Assembly: GCF_018977255.1 (NCBI RefSeq)
Contig: NW_024704742.1
Span: 92,382,001 to 92,446,000, forward strand
From: Callorhinchus milii
Lineage: Eukaryota
Length of the DNA stretch: 64,000 nt
Direction of reading: 5' to 3'
Each line of letters starts with the position of its first letter. Position 1 is the first letter of the stretch. Both the position numbers and the translations under genes were made by a program. A model generated the notes under the pieces. The model was given only the letters and a program-made list of their open reading frames with translations, was not told where the DNA came from and made no database searches. Shown here piece after piece: positions 12,612-25,529 of the stretch.

Positions 12612-13177
12612 ATCCTATTACATGCATAACATTGGGATGGACAAACAGGTTTGTTGCCAAATAGACAAAGTGATGGATTACATAATAAGGCAGCTATAAT
12701 ATTTCTGACAATGTAAAGAAAATAGCTGTAATGTGGTAATTTTTTTGTACACCCAGTGTATAGCAAATTATTCTGAAATATATATTTATAAGCAGGTCGA
12801 TATTTCACCAACTCTTAAAAGGCTTTGAGCCCTTGGCATTATTGATTGTGAAGGGATCAATTGTTGCTTTATATTGTGAATATTATTTCATTTCAGTAAG
12901 TTTCCTATACTTTCTAATTCATGATTAACCTACTATTCAATATCACTAATGTTTTTAATCACACACAACTCCAGTGTACTGTGCTAACACAGTCAGCTGC
13001 CCATATTCACAATCCTCACGTAGGCTATACACCAGATGTGCAAACACATTACCATATTATTATTATTTTCTTCTTTACATTGTCAGAAATAATGTAGCTG
13101 TCCTATTAGTAATAAGTCAGTTTGTCCATTTGACAACAAGCCCTTTGTCCATGCCAACATTATGCATGTAATAGCAT
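12612..13177. mobile_element. Old fold-back/MITE-like element with ~150-bp inverted arms
   Basis: 12612-12764 aligns with the reverse complement of 13024-13177. Confidence 0.7.
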
Positions 13178-13937
13178 AATTTACAATTTAATTTACTTTG
13201 ATTAGTAACACTTCAGCTTTCAAATTGAGCAGCAATTTTCAGCATTTTGAATGTTGTCTGTTTAAAGTAAGCAGCTATTTAATCTATGTCTAGCTTCCAC
13301 TGGAGAGGGTTGTCATCTGAAAACTGGAACCCTAAATTTTTCATATGCTTAGACTCGAGACTATTTTCTTAAATTTTTAAATTGTATATAATTCTGGAAA
13401 AAGTTATTAATCAAACTTACTTTGGATGCTGCGCAATCTTACATTTAAGACAAAGGTCTTAAGCTCAAGTACATGAGTAGCAGTGGGAGAAATGTGACCT
13501 GGGTCAAGATTTACTTTAATAGCATTTCAGAGAATCCCAAATTTGACAAATTCTGAAATATTTTGCCTAAATTTCAAAGCTGGTTTTCCATAAGTTCTTT
13601 TGGGAGCTGTCGTAAACTGGCTTGAAAAATGAATTGAATAATTAGCCAATTTCTGGTCGTTCTATAATTCTATGTTAATAAAGTAAATTAAACCCAGGTA
13701 GAATTTCTTTTAGATTCTTAAAGCTTCAAGTCATTGAAATGAACTAGTATAACATACAATCATAGTTTTAAAAATATGTATACAGTTGTTGCAATTAGGT
13801 TTTGTTATTACTGTTATATACCTTGCATTGATCTTTAGATGCATTTTACAAGTTATTGCATCATTCTGAATAAATACACACCCTGATGTTTCACTAAACT
13901 TGCTTCAATTATCTTCTCTCACAAATATAAGTATTAC

Positions 13938-14001
13938 CTGGAGTCTCCTTGCTGGAAGATTTCTGAGTCAATTTTTCCATGGCATTGTCTATGTCTTCCA
14001 T
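13938..14001 (-). CDS. HEMGN: Hemogen coding exon 1 (MEDIDNAMEKLTQKSSSKETP, phase 1)
   Basis: ATG at 14001 in aacATGG context; 64 nt ending CAG|gtaata; joins in frame to exon 10466-10556; MED... start resembles fish hemogen as I recall it. Confidence 0.85.
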
Positions 14002-14074
14002 GTTGTTGAGAATCTGCTTTCTTCTTGAAATAACAAGACAGCAAGAGATGAGTTTGAATCAGGTAATGATGTTT

Positions 14075-14135
14075 TTTTTTAAATATGTTGAGATAGTTTC
14101 AGGAGAACACACCCACAGATGTAGTGTTATCTAAC
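14075..14135 (-). promoter_or_regulatory. HEMGN proximal promoter: TATA-like, GATA, CACCC and E-box motifs
   Basis: TATTTAAA (minus, ~14078-14085), AGATAG 14091-14096, CACACCC 14108-14114, CAGATG 14116-14121, TTATCT 14127-14132. Confidence 0.6.
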
Positions 14136-15169
14136 ATGTACAAGACGGAATTGTAGCAACATCCAGATGCATTTTTTTCTCAATCATATGATGAAAGGTT
14201 AATGTAGCGGGAAGAATCTTGTAAATGAAAATGAATGTTGCCTACAATAAATTTTATTTGTTGCCTCAAATAAAATTCTATAAGACAAATCCCTACAACA
14301 CAGTGTCTAAGCTATTGTACACTGTCTACAAAACCAGTTACCCTACTCAGAGCGCTTTGAGACTTTTGACACTTAAAATGTTGTAATGCAAGTTATTCCC
14401 TTCTTTCTTAACTTCCATTTAAGATTCTGATTTTAATAGAATGGGATGGAAACTGTGACCTGTGATGTGTTACTCAACAATGAGGCCAGTCAATTGATGT
14501 CTTAACTTATTGACTGTTCAGCCGGTGTAAAACCCAACTGTGTTATAATGGTTTGGCCTGAAGTCAATCGTAGAACATGGCATTGGATCGCTGGTTAACA
14601 GGTTACTGGATTAACTCAACTAAAGAATCAGAGCTAAAATGGTGTTCCACTACCCAATCCAATACCTCACTCAGTGGTTGATAATCCACCAAATAGGTGC
14701 AAAGAACCAACTTCAGACCCTACCATTGTGCTGGAGTGAGGGGAGAGAGAATCACACTTAGCAAATAGTTCATAAATAAAGATGTTCACTGATCTCATTT
14801 TTCAACTGCGTTAATTAACACTTGCAAGTTGCAATTTTCACCCTTTGCATTTTACAAACTCAATTTTGAAACACATGCTTATAGGATTTCATTGTTTTAC
14901 ACAATGGAAAGTTGTTTCTGTCAAGTTCTAAGCTGCTCAAATAATTTAAACATCAATTTGGGTTCAAATTTGAGCAGTTGTTTTATGTTTAGTGGTGTGG
15001 TAATGCACAGTGCAACATTTAAAACACAAGTTAACTTGTTTAAAAATACAATACGGAAACCTTTGTTTATCTGTTTGTAATTCTACATTAAATACTGATC
15101 AGACAAGATAAAAGAGAATTGCTTAGCCCCGATTAAAGCATATGAGTGGCATGGGTGCTATAATAGTAA

Positions 15170-15575
15170 AATAAGTAAATCTTACATTTCACATTGGGAG
15201 GATATCTTAAATGATATAAAATGGAGTGACTGTGTATTTTGTAATTGAATGCAGCAGTCAATCTGTGCACAGCAATGTCCAACAAACAGCAATGAAGTGA
15301 GTGACCAATGTTATTTGGAAAGTTGTTGGCCAGGATACCAGAAGAAACTCCCTTCTCTTTTCGAATAGTGCCACAGGATCTTCAATATCCACAGACAAAC
15401 AAGAGCTCAGTTTAATGTCTCACAAGGAGGCCGGCTCCTTCAGCAATGTAGCTCTTCCCCAGCACTACATTGGAATGTCAGCCCAGAAGATATGGTTTCC
15501 AAATCGTGACTTGGGGCTTGAACCCACAACCTTCTGACTCAGAGGCATCAGCGCTACTATCTGAACCCGGCTGAC
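15170..15575 (-). mobile_element. SINE family B
   Basis: Reverse complement of family B head and core. Confidence 0.8.
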
Positions 15576-16223
15576 GTTGACACATAATAGAAATCTATAA
15601 GATCATTAGATGAACTTGTTATTTTTCTTTTCTTTTTATGCAGAACCATTAAATATACATCAGGAGAAATCCATCTCAGTCTAGATTTTCTCTTTTTATG
15701 TGCCATTTTTGAGTGTCAGAATTCGACATTTTTTAAAAAATTCAGGCTTAACTTAAAGTTGATTTCCTATAGTGCATAAATAACTTGCAGAAAATTAGTT
15801 TCAAAATTAAGACTATTTAAAAATTTACCAAATTACAAAGGCACTCCGAAATGTTACATTTATCCCAAACTCAGGTATAATTTCTACCTTATTAGGGTGG
15901 AAAGCATTTTGGTTTCCCCTTCTCTATCTTAGGTTACTGAGTCATAGCTGGATACAGTTTCACCAGTCATCTTCCAGTACCTCAGCCAAGTGATCAGGCA
16001 TTTAATGTCTGATATTACAATCAATGTATGAACCCAGGCAGATCAGTCAACCAGGAGACCTGAGCCTGATCCTATACTCAACTGATGTCCACATATACAG
16101 ACTTCATAGCAGGGATCAATGGTTAGTGATCCAAGTGGGAATCCAAGATGACTTTTTACCTCTGTAATTTACCGCCACTGAATCTCAGTGTAGTCCTTCA
16201 ACTATTCTTTTGGCTGTGATCAG

Positions 16224-16520
16224 TGGAGTCCTGTAACATATTGGTTAGAGCATTCGCCTTGCAAACAAGAGGACCCCGATTTGATTCCAGGGTGGGGTAA
16301 AATTTTAGGCAAGTTTCCTTATTCCATATAAAATAATAATAATTTGGTTACTCAATCCACAACTGTTTGTGGAACACTGCTGTGCGCAATTGGCTGTCGC
16401 AATTCGCCCACAAAATATACAGTCAATTCACTTTAGAGTATAATTTGTGAAGCACTTTGAGATGTCTCCACGTTGTGATAAGGCGCTATATCAAATGCAA
16501 GGGTTATTACTATTATTATT
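16224..16520 (+). mobile_element. SINE family A, full length, nested in a family C SINE
   Basis: Head to (ATT)n tail; ATCAG direct repeat on both sides (16219-16223, 16521-16525). Confidence 0.85.
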
Positions 16521-18150
16521 ATCAGCTCACTCAGAACGACCTGAGAACCTCTGGGTAATGTAGTTTAGTTTCACAACTGGGAATTGCCTTTAGCAATTCA
16601 GCTTTCAGGGGTCAATGGGGTGTTTAATATCTGAAATTACAATTGATAACACCATATCTAATATTGTTAAGAATACTATTTTAAGCATATCAATGCTGCT
16701 TCACTGTTAGCTCATTGTGTACTAGTGAGGCAGGCAGACTAGGATTAGTGTTTGGTCTTCACTGAATTAGCTGATCTCAGTCAGGAATTGGGAGGGTGGG
16801 GAGCGTGTCTGTCATGATTCCTACTGCTGGAAAATACACGTATATCATAGAATCATAGAATTATACAGCAAAGAAGGAGACCATTCAACCCATTGTATCT
16901 GTGCCGGCTCTTTGAAAAGGGTTATCGAAATCAGTCCCACTCCCCCACTCTCTCTCCATAGCCCTCCAAACTTGTCCTTATAATATTAGATAATTAGATA
17001 ATAATATTAATAATTCAATGAGGACAACTTTGGACACAACTGTGAACCCCCTTCCCTTCCCCAGTCGAAAACTCTGCCATTACTCGCTATCCAGCCTCAC
17101 ACATGATGAATGATAAGTTGGCTGAGATACAGCAGGGAGGGAAGTGCCCATGTACTTTTCCCCAGTGTGAGTCAGCACCTTTAAGAAAGAAGGTGAGAGA
17201 GCAGTTTTATAAAAACAACGTGGAATAGAAAAAATGTACAGCAATTAAGAAGAACTAAATCTTTATATGTATAAGTTAAAAAAGGTTATTTACATAGAAT
17301 GTAGAACATGGAAACAGGCCTTTGGCCCAATTACTCTGGGCCAGTATTTATACTCCACGCAAGTCTCCACCTACTCCTTATTCCCTCCAATACTCTCCTG
17401 TTATATGTTTCCTTCAAACTAATTTACTGCAGATATTGGCATTTCTCAAAATATTTCCAGGTTTTACAGGGGTCACTGCTTTATTTTAATATGGTGTCAA
17501 TCAAGCAAAGCAAAGTAAATGATCAGCATATCCTGTCAGGGAATCAGTACAATTTCACTGAAATTGAAGAAGACATGGATGTTTTACTTATGTTAGATAT
17601 AGTAAAAGAGCACGGAGATGGAGCTTGTGTAAACATAATAACTAAAATTTAGATACCCTGTATTGCTCTGTGATAATTAAAAAAGAATGATGCCCTTTAC
17701 TTCCACAACCATAAAGCAAAGACGGTCATAAATTTTTCCTCCTTTCATTAAAATAAAAAGACAAATGTGTACGTCTGTATCGTAAATCAGTCTGTGATAA
17801 TTTTATTGGACACTGAATTCTACTTAGGGTATTAAAATCTTTTCTCTGCTCTTATGTTTATTTCCCATAATATGACTTGTGGGGAATAAACAGAATGCAC
17901 AATTCAGCAATCTGAGTCTAATTTTAAAAAATGGAGTGATAGAAACATGCTACCTTTTATCTTCTTGCTAAGATTTGTGCTTCGACTGTTGAAAATTATA
18001 GCCCTTAGGCCATTGCAGCAAAAGCATGTTTTTTGTTAGCTCCAGCAATGTTTGCTTTGACAAACTTATCTATCCAATAAACTCTTTTCTCCCTTTTAGT
18101 TTGTATAGTTTTAGTGATTTTCAGTGCATGTATATTTTGAAATGTGTGAT

Positions 18151-18490
18151 ATAATAATAATCCTTGCATTTGATATAGGGTCTTATCACATCTTCAAGAC
18201 GTCTCAAAGCGCTTCACAGAATATACTGTCAAATGAATTGACTGCATATTTTGTGGGCTAAACGCGGCAGCCAATTGCACACAGCAGTGTCCCACAAAAA
18301 GTTGTGGACTGAAGTGACCAAATTATTATTTTTTTTGAAGGGATTATTACCCCCAGATAAGTGATCCACCAATTGACTAACAACTTACTGTTAGGTAAAT
18401 AGAGGTGTGTGAAGTAAGGAAACTTGCCGAACGTTTTGCCCTGCCCGGGATTCCAGGTCCTCTCGCTTGTGAAGCGAGTGTTCTAACCAC
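18151..18490 (-). mobile_element. SINE family A
   Basis: Reverse complement match to 56357-56712; head abuts an L2 tail. Confidence 0.85.
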
Positions 18491-18491
18491 T

Positions 18492-18910
18492 AACAACAAC
18501 AACTTGCATTCATATAGCACCCTCCACACAGGGTAGAGTCTCAGAGCACGCTTGAAAAGGAAGGTTTTCAGACAGGACTGGAAAAAGGGGAGAGGGGTCA
18601 TGGTGGAGGGATTGAAGGAGAGTGTTCCAGAGTTTTGGGGTGTAGTGGCTGAAAGAGTCAACCTCCAATAGTGGAGCAGAGGGCGCGAAGAACAAGTAGG
18701 AGGCTGGAGGCTCGAGCGGAGGCACCGGGTGGTGGATTGGGGACTGAGGAGGCTGGTGAGGTAGGGAGGTGCCAGGGAGTGATGGGATTTTGAACACTAG
18801 TGTGAGGATCTTGAAGTCGATCCATTTGGCTTTGAGGAGCCTGTGGAGTCTGGCTTGAACCCGTGAAATGGGAGTATAGAGTTTGGTCCAGGTCAGTATG
18901 TGCAGGAGTC
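18492..18910 (-). mobile_element. L2 LINE 3' fragment
   Basis: IDFKILTLVFK and SFSHYTPKLWNTL peptides; tail. Confidence 0.85.
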
Positions 18911-18990
18911 CACATAGCTTTTGACCTCTTAACAAAAGTAACGTAACTTTTGACTTCTTAACAGACCCAGACACTGATCTTGTCTCTGCC

Positions 18991-19294
18991 TAATAATAAT
19001 AATAATCCTTGCATTTGATATAGCGCTTTTCACGTCTTCTAGATGTCTCAAAGCGCTTCACAGAATATACTGTAAAGTGAATTGACCGTATATTTGTGGG
19101 CAAAACACGGCAACCAATTGCGCACAGCAGTCGTGGATTGAAAATTACCCATTTATTATTGTTTTGTTTTGGAGGGATTATTATTAGGCATGTGGAGTAA
19201 GGAAACTTGCCCAAGGTTTTTCCCTGCCTGGAATTGAACCCAGGTGTCTCACTTGCAAGGTGAGTGCTCTAACCACTGAGCTATAGGATGTCCA
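18991..19294 (-). mobile_element. SINE family A
   Basis: Head and (ATT)n tail. Confidence 0.85.
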
Positions 19295-19781
19295 CACACA
19301 TGCACTTTCCTGCAAGAGTCATTTGATAGTGATCATCAAAAGCCTTGGCTGTTTCTCCCCTTCCTTCCCAGCTCAGGTTCACTGACACCAATCGTAGTGC
19401 CTCCTCTATCATTGCAGAAATCAAGTTAGCCATGAGGTTAAACCTGGGACATTTTACCTGTATAACTCAATCGTAGATTACGTGGTTCACTGTCAGCCTG
19501 GCTCAGTTGGTTGGACTCTTGTCACTGAGACAGAAGGTTACGCTTTTCTAGTGTTGTTTTAAAAGCACCCATCCAGCCAAGTGGTTCACATTCATTCATA
19601 TTCCTGACTTGAGCTTTGAAGATGGTGGTGAGGCGTTGAAGAGTTAAGAAGTGAGTCATTCCTTGCAGAGTTTCTAGCCACAGTTGTAGCTACAGCGTTG
19701 ATGTAGCTTGCCCAGTTATGCTTATCAACGGTGACCTCAAGGATATTGATGATGGGGAATCTGGCAGTGGTTAATGTATAT

Positions 19782-19970
19782 CAGTGGTGACCTGCAGGCT
19801 GGCAGTCACTGGTTGTCAAGAAGCAGCCCCTTCCCCCCCAAACATTCGCCCAAGTCCAGGTAAGTCCATGTTCAATTGTTAGTGTGTTTTCATTTTTTTC
19901 TTTATGGCATAAATCAAGGAATATTAAATCCTGAAAATTTATTTTGTGGACCAAACATAAACCACCACTG
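19782..19970. mobile_element. hAT-type non-autonomous DNA transposon (MITE)
   Basis: Termini CAGTGGTG...CACCACTG flanked by an 8-bp TSD (ATGTATAT / ATGTAGAT, one mismatch). Confidence 0.7.
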
Positions 19971-20074
19971 ATGTAGATGTTTCAGTGCTCTTACTTCAAG
20001 CAGCCTCAATGCTTCCTACTGTGATCACAAAACAGATTTAGATGAAGAAAGTATCTTGCCCTCATTCTAAAAAA

Positions 20075-20207
20075 AACGCAACTGCTGCAGATGGTGAAAA
20101 TCTGAAACAGAAACAGGCATCGCTGGGAACACTCAGCAAGCAGGTCAGGCAGCATTTATGGAGAAAGGAAAGTGAGTCAAAGTTTCGGGTCCACATCCCT
20201 TCGTCTT
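20075..20207 (-). mobile_element. Penelope-like element terminal fragment with degenerate hammerhead core
   Basis: Minus strand aaGACGA-aGGG-atgtgga-CCC-GAAAC then gctgcctgacctgc; resembles a common chondrichthyan PLE-associated repeat (from recall). Confidence 0.55.
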
Positions 20208-21686
20208 GCCCTTATTCTTCCAGGTTACCCACCCTATCATCTTCCCATTGCAGCACTAAGCTGTTTCTTAATTGAGATCATAAAATTAAAGGTACAGGGA
20301 AGGTCAGCTGATTGCCTATGGTGCTGATTTCTTGGTGTGGGGCTATGTGATATTCTTAAACACATTCCTTAATAAGAAACACTGCTGCGATGCCCACTGA
20401 CCTGCGGGAACTACGCTTCAGACATAAATCACATCGGGATGTACAAGGTTTTACAAGTATCTCCTATTTGCGGAACTTGAATTCCTTAATGAAGAATCGC
20501 CTTAAGAAATACCGCAAATTAGACTAAGCTGTCCCCAGGTGATTTCATGCAATAACAACTTGTATTTATATAGCGCCCTTCACCCGGGGCAGCATCTCGT
20601 TGTGCTTAATAGTGGCAGAGCCTGACGCCGAGCCGCAGAGAGGGAGGAGGTGACTGTATGCACTGTCGAAGAGGAAGGTCTTCAGTCATGATCTAAAAGA
20701 AGGGAAGGAGGGGGTCAGGCAAGGTGGAGGGTTTGGGGGAAAGAGTTGCAAAGCAATGACATCTTTATTTAGAGTTTCTTTCAAAGATGAGGAAGAATTA
20801 AGGAGGTGATCTCACATTGAGCCCTATTTGTGAGTCTCTTTAAGCGTTCTGAGGCTCTACCCCATGTGGAGTGCGCTGTATAAGTGCGAGTTATTGTTGT
20901 TGTTGTTGATGAGTCAGCAAATTGCACGTAAAGCCAAGAGGCTGCTGAGAGCACAAGAGAGTATAAGTTTACATCTGTGTTGTGCAAGGATGAAACTAAA
21001 CTTAACACTGAAATTTGCAGATAAGAAAAAAGGCAGACATGGGTACTTGCCACACCTTCATTTTTATCTCCTGAGCTGTTGTATGACTAATCAAAAATAC
21101 ACTCACCCATGAGCAAAGTAGTATAGACTGCCATTCTCTGATAGTTCTTTTAAATAGTGCTGCCTTAAGTGTCTTTTTTTTTACAAATAGTGGGTGAATT
21201 TTTGTGCTGATCAAAATGTGGAATATTAGTTTTGGATAATGAAATATTTTCCAGAATCTACATTGAGCAACATTTAGCATTGTGCCTTTTCAGAATCGGT
21301 TTAGCACACTTCAGCTACACAGTAATGGTGCTCTTTCTACTCTCACCTATTAATAGGGGTGAGATTGTGACATTAAAGGTGTAAAAATTAAATAATACGT
21401 TTAAAATTGGATTAGAGTTACTTATAAGCAGAGAGTGAACAATTAATGAAACTTAGAATGGTACTTAGTGCATATTTGTATTTCTTTATCTAAAAGGTAA
21501 ATAATGATTGAACAGGAAGGGTGGTTGAGGATCAAGACTCTGGGCTCATTAAACCTTATTGCTTTAATGGGAGGATGGTAGAGTAAGTTCTGAGGATGGA
21601 TGAGAACAAATAGCCCAGAGGGCCTCCTTCATCCAAACTTCACTTGTGATCAAACCATGCGTGATATGGAGCACACAGAGCAGAAT

Positions 21687-23360
21687 ACAACAACAACAAA
21701 TGACACTTGTATAGCGCCCTTCACATCGGAACAATGTCCCAAGGCGCTGGACAATCAGAGTTTTGGACCCGAGCTGGGAGTTGGGGTCAGAAGGGGAGGA
21801 GGGCAGGGGTGCGCTGGGGGTAGGAGGGTGGCCGAAGGTACAATCGAAGAGGAAGGTCTTCAGGTGGGATTTGAAAGAGGCAAGAGAGGGGGTGAGGTGG
21901 ATGGATTGTGGGATAGAGTTCCAGAGTGTGGGGGCAGAGATGCTGAATGCCCAATCGCTAATGGTGGGTCGGGAAATGCAGGGGGATCTGAAGCAGGCCG
22001 GTGTCCACCGAGCAGAGGGAGTGGATAGGCTGATATGGGGTTATGAGATTGGAGAGGTAGGGATGAGCAAGACCATGGAGGGCCTTGAAGATAAGAATGA
22101 GAGTTTTGTACTTGATTCTCTGAGGAATGGGGAGCCGGTGAAGCTGAGAAAGATCAGGGGTGATAGGTTCCCGGAGCCTGGTGCGGGAGAGGACACGAGC
22201 TGCAGAGTTCTGAATAATCTGCAGCATGTAGAGGGAAGAGTTGGGAAGAGTTGGGAAGTCCAGTGAGCAGGCAGTTGGTGTGGTCAAGCCGGGACGTAAT
22301 GAAAGCATGGATCAGGGTCTCGGCGGCCTGCGGCGAGAGGCAGTGACGGAGGCGGGCAATGTTGTGGAGGTGTGGAAAGGCGGAATGGGTCATGGCAGGA
22401 ATGTGGGGTTTGAAGGATAGCTAAGGGTCGAAAAGGACCCTGAGGTTTCGGATTGGCTCGATGAGGTGAAGAGTGCAGCCAGGAATGATGATATTATCAG
22501 CGACTGAGGTGAGGAGGCGCTGCCGGGAGCCAAGCAGGAGGGCCTCTGTCATTAAGCTGGAGGAAGTTGTCTCTCATTCAGGACTTGATGTCAGACAGAC
22601 AATTAGCGAGGACATCAATGGTCCTGGAGTCGAGGGTGGAGGCGGCGAGATAGTGTTAGGTGTCATCGCATACATGTGGAAATTGACCCTATGCCTGCGG
22701 ATGACATCGTCAAGCGTGAGCATGTATAGATTGAAGAGGAGGGGACCGAGATCAGAGCCCTGAGTTGACAGTGTGGAGGCTAGAGGAGAAGCCGTTGGTG
22801 GCCATGAAGTGCAGACGGTGGGAAAGGTAGGATTGGAACCAGGCAAGAACAGAACAATTGAGGTGGAGGTGAGAGGAGAGGTAGTGGAGAAGAACAGAGT
22901 GGTCCACAGCATCAAAACTATCCGAGAGGTCGAGAAGGACGAGGAGACAGAGAGCCCTGGTTGCAGGTGGACAGAATGTCATTTGTCACTTTGACCAGGG
23001 CTGTCTCTGTGCTGTGAGCAGCACGAAACCCAGATTGGAGGGGTTCATGGGGGGAATGCTAGGAGAGGAAAGAGCGAAGCTCGGAAATGACGACGTTCCA
23101 TGATCTTTGATAGAAAAGGAAAGTTTGAAATGGGGCAGCAGTTGGAGAGCAGAGACAGGTCAAGTGAAGATCTTTTGAAGGTAGGGGTGATGACGGCTGT
23201 CTTTAGATGGGTACGGTGCCAGTGGACAGGGAGAAGTTAACAAGGTCTGTTAATGGAGGGGGGGTGGGGCAAAGAGATGGAGCTGGGAGGTGAGGAGAGG
23301 GATAGGGATGGGGTCAAGGGAGCAGGTGATGGGTTTCATATGGGAAATGATGGAGAGGGA
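21687..23360 (-). mobile_element. L2 LINE, longest copy (~1.7 kb, RT domain remnants)
   Basis: [43 protein letters not shown] and KALHGLA peptides with frameshifts. Confidence 0.93.
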
Positions 23361-24459
23361 ATATCCCCCCCCCCCCACACTTTACTGTGATACTCTGAAG
23401 TATTACTTCCCAAGGATTTCATTCAACTGAACCCCTTAGCCTTAGCCAGCCACTGCCTATGGTTTTGAACCCACAACCTTCTGACTCAGAGGCGAGAGTG
23501 CTATTGACTGAGCCAGGCTGACAAACAGTTGCCTCATTTAAAGTGCAGATGTTTTGGTTGTTTATTTTTCAGGTGTGTACAATTGCTATTGTTATAAAAT
23601 ACAGTACCTACGTTTCCTGCTATTGATGAGGAATAGTAATAGGAGAGATTGCTTTGTGCTTGTGTTATGTAATTTCATTGTTGGTGTTGTATTCCTTCAG
23701 AATGTAAATTACATTAGTTGCCTCAGGATTGGCTCTGATGCTTAGTTTTGGAGGCAAAGCAAGAACAGGTAACCTCCATTAGAGGTCTCTATCGGCTCAA
23801 CAAAGGCAAGTCTATAGAGTGAGAACCATTGATTGGTAACTCACTGAAAAACAATGCATAAGGAGATCGAATTTCACTGAAGAGCCACACTGTTTAATCA
23901 CTTGTTTCAGAGTTCTGTGAATGCATTGCTATCTGCACCCAAAGAAATCTGAAATTTACTGTGAATGCTATTAAAGATTCAGTGATATGGTTCATTTTTT
24001 AAAAAATCCTTTAAAGAGCTTCAGCTAATGCATGGCTTAAGAATTTTCAAGGCACTATTAGGTGGAATGGACATGGTATTTATTCACACTCATAGACTAC
24101 AGCAGCAGGAATCAAAATGCAGTTTCCTTGCTCAGTAGTTTACAGATGAACATGGGGATTAAGGCAGTTCAGCAGAAAATTGACTCTAAAGAACAACAAT
24201 GAGCAAATGTGACACTGGAGAGCTGGAAGCACATATCTTCCATGAGGGGGAAAGGATGATGATTATTATTATACACTATGTCACTTTGCCACTGGGGCTT
24301 GTGGAGAGTTTCTCTGGAATAATTGTCTTGTTGTCCTTGGAAATGCTCATGGTGAGGGTACCCTGAAAGGCTATTGTTACCCAAAAATGGGCATGGAAGA
24401 GGGGGGGGGAGGGGGGCGCTTGTCTTTTATTTCGCCAGATGTTTAGGCATACAAACGTA

Positions 24460-25015
24460 CAACAACAACAATAACAACAACAAATTATATTTTTATAGCG
24501 CCTTTCACGTCAGTAGGACATCCTAAGGTACTGACAGTCAAGGATTTGGACCCGAGCTGTGGGCTGGGATCAGCAGGGATGGAGGGCAGGGAGGTAGGGG
24601 TAGGAGGGTGGCCAAAGATGCGGTCGAAGAGGAGGGTCTTAAGACAGGCCTTGAAGGAGCTAAAGGAGAGAACAAGGTGAATGGACTGTGGGATAGAGTT
24701 CCAAAGAGCAGACAGGTCTTTATGGAGTTAGCAGGTCACAGAAATAGGGAGAAGCAAGGCCATGGAGGGCTTTGAAGGCGAGGATGGAGATTTGAACTCT
24801 TTCCTCTTGGGGATGGGGAGCCAGGAGCCATGTGAAGATGGGTTGATAGGTTCATAGAGCTTGGTACGAGAGAGGACATCTGAATGATCTGCAGCATAGT
24901 GGAGCTTGGATGTGATAAAAAGATGGATGAGTGTCTCAGGGGCCTGAGGGGAGAGGTAGTGGCAGAGTTAGGCAACGTTGTGGAGATGGGGAAAAACAGA
25001 ATGGGTCATGACGCA
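24460..25015 (-). mobile_element. L2 LINE 3' fragment with internal deletions
   Basis: Tail and homology to other L2 copies. Confidence 0.8.
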
Positions 25016-25529
25016 TACGCATCGAGAAGTTTCCAGAACACCTAGAACATTGCTCTCTGAAACTTGTAACTCAGATATTCAAACCCAGCCTAGATTACAT
25101 TCTTCATTTGGGTGGTGAACCTATCCATTGATTCTATTCCCTTGGTCCAGATAAAATTTCCAATCAGGATCATGGTTTTAATTTAAGAATGCGTCTGTAC
25201 TAAATTCTCACCCATTGTTTGGCTGTTTTACAGACCAGAGAGTTAGGATTCTGAATCACCTCAAAGCCTGTTACAGTGAGCGCACTTAGTTCTACATTGA
25301 CTGCCTTAAAGCCTTCTGATGAGACAGTTTTCCTCGAACAGCCAAAATGGCAAAGTCCATATCAGCCTCCAGCATGCCATCTATTTCATCAGTCTGATAA
25401 TATTTTTTCTTGGGATGTATTGCTATATTTGGTATTGGTTTCTGTTGTGCCACTAACTCACAAGTCACTTGTGCACTCTCGGTTACCTCTTTATTACTAG
25501 CCTTGCTTGCATTTCTGGGGGCTTGAAAA

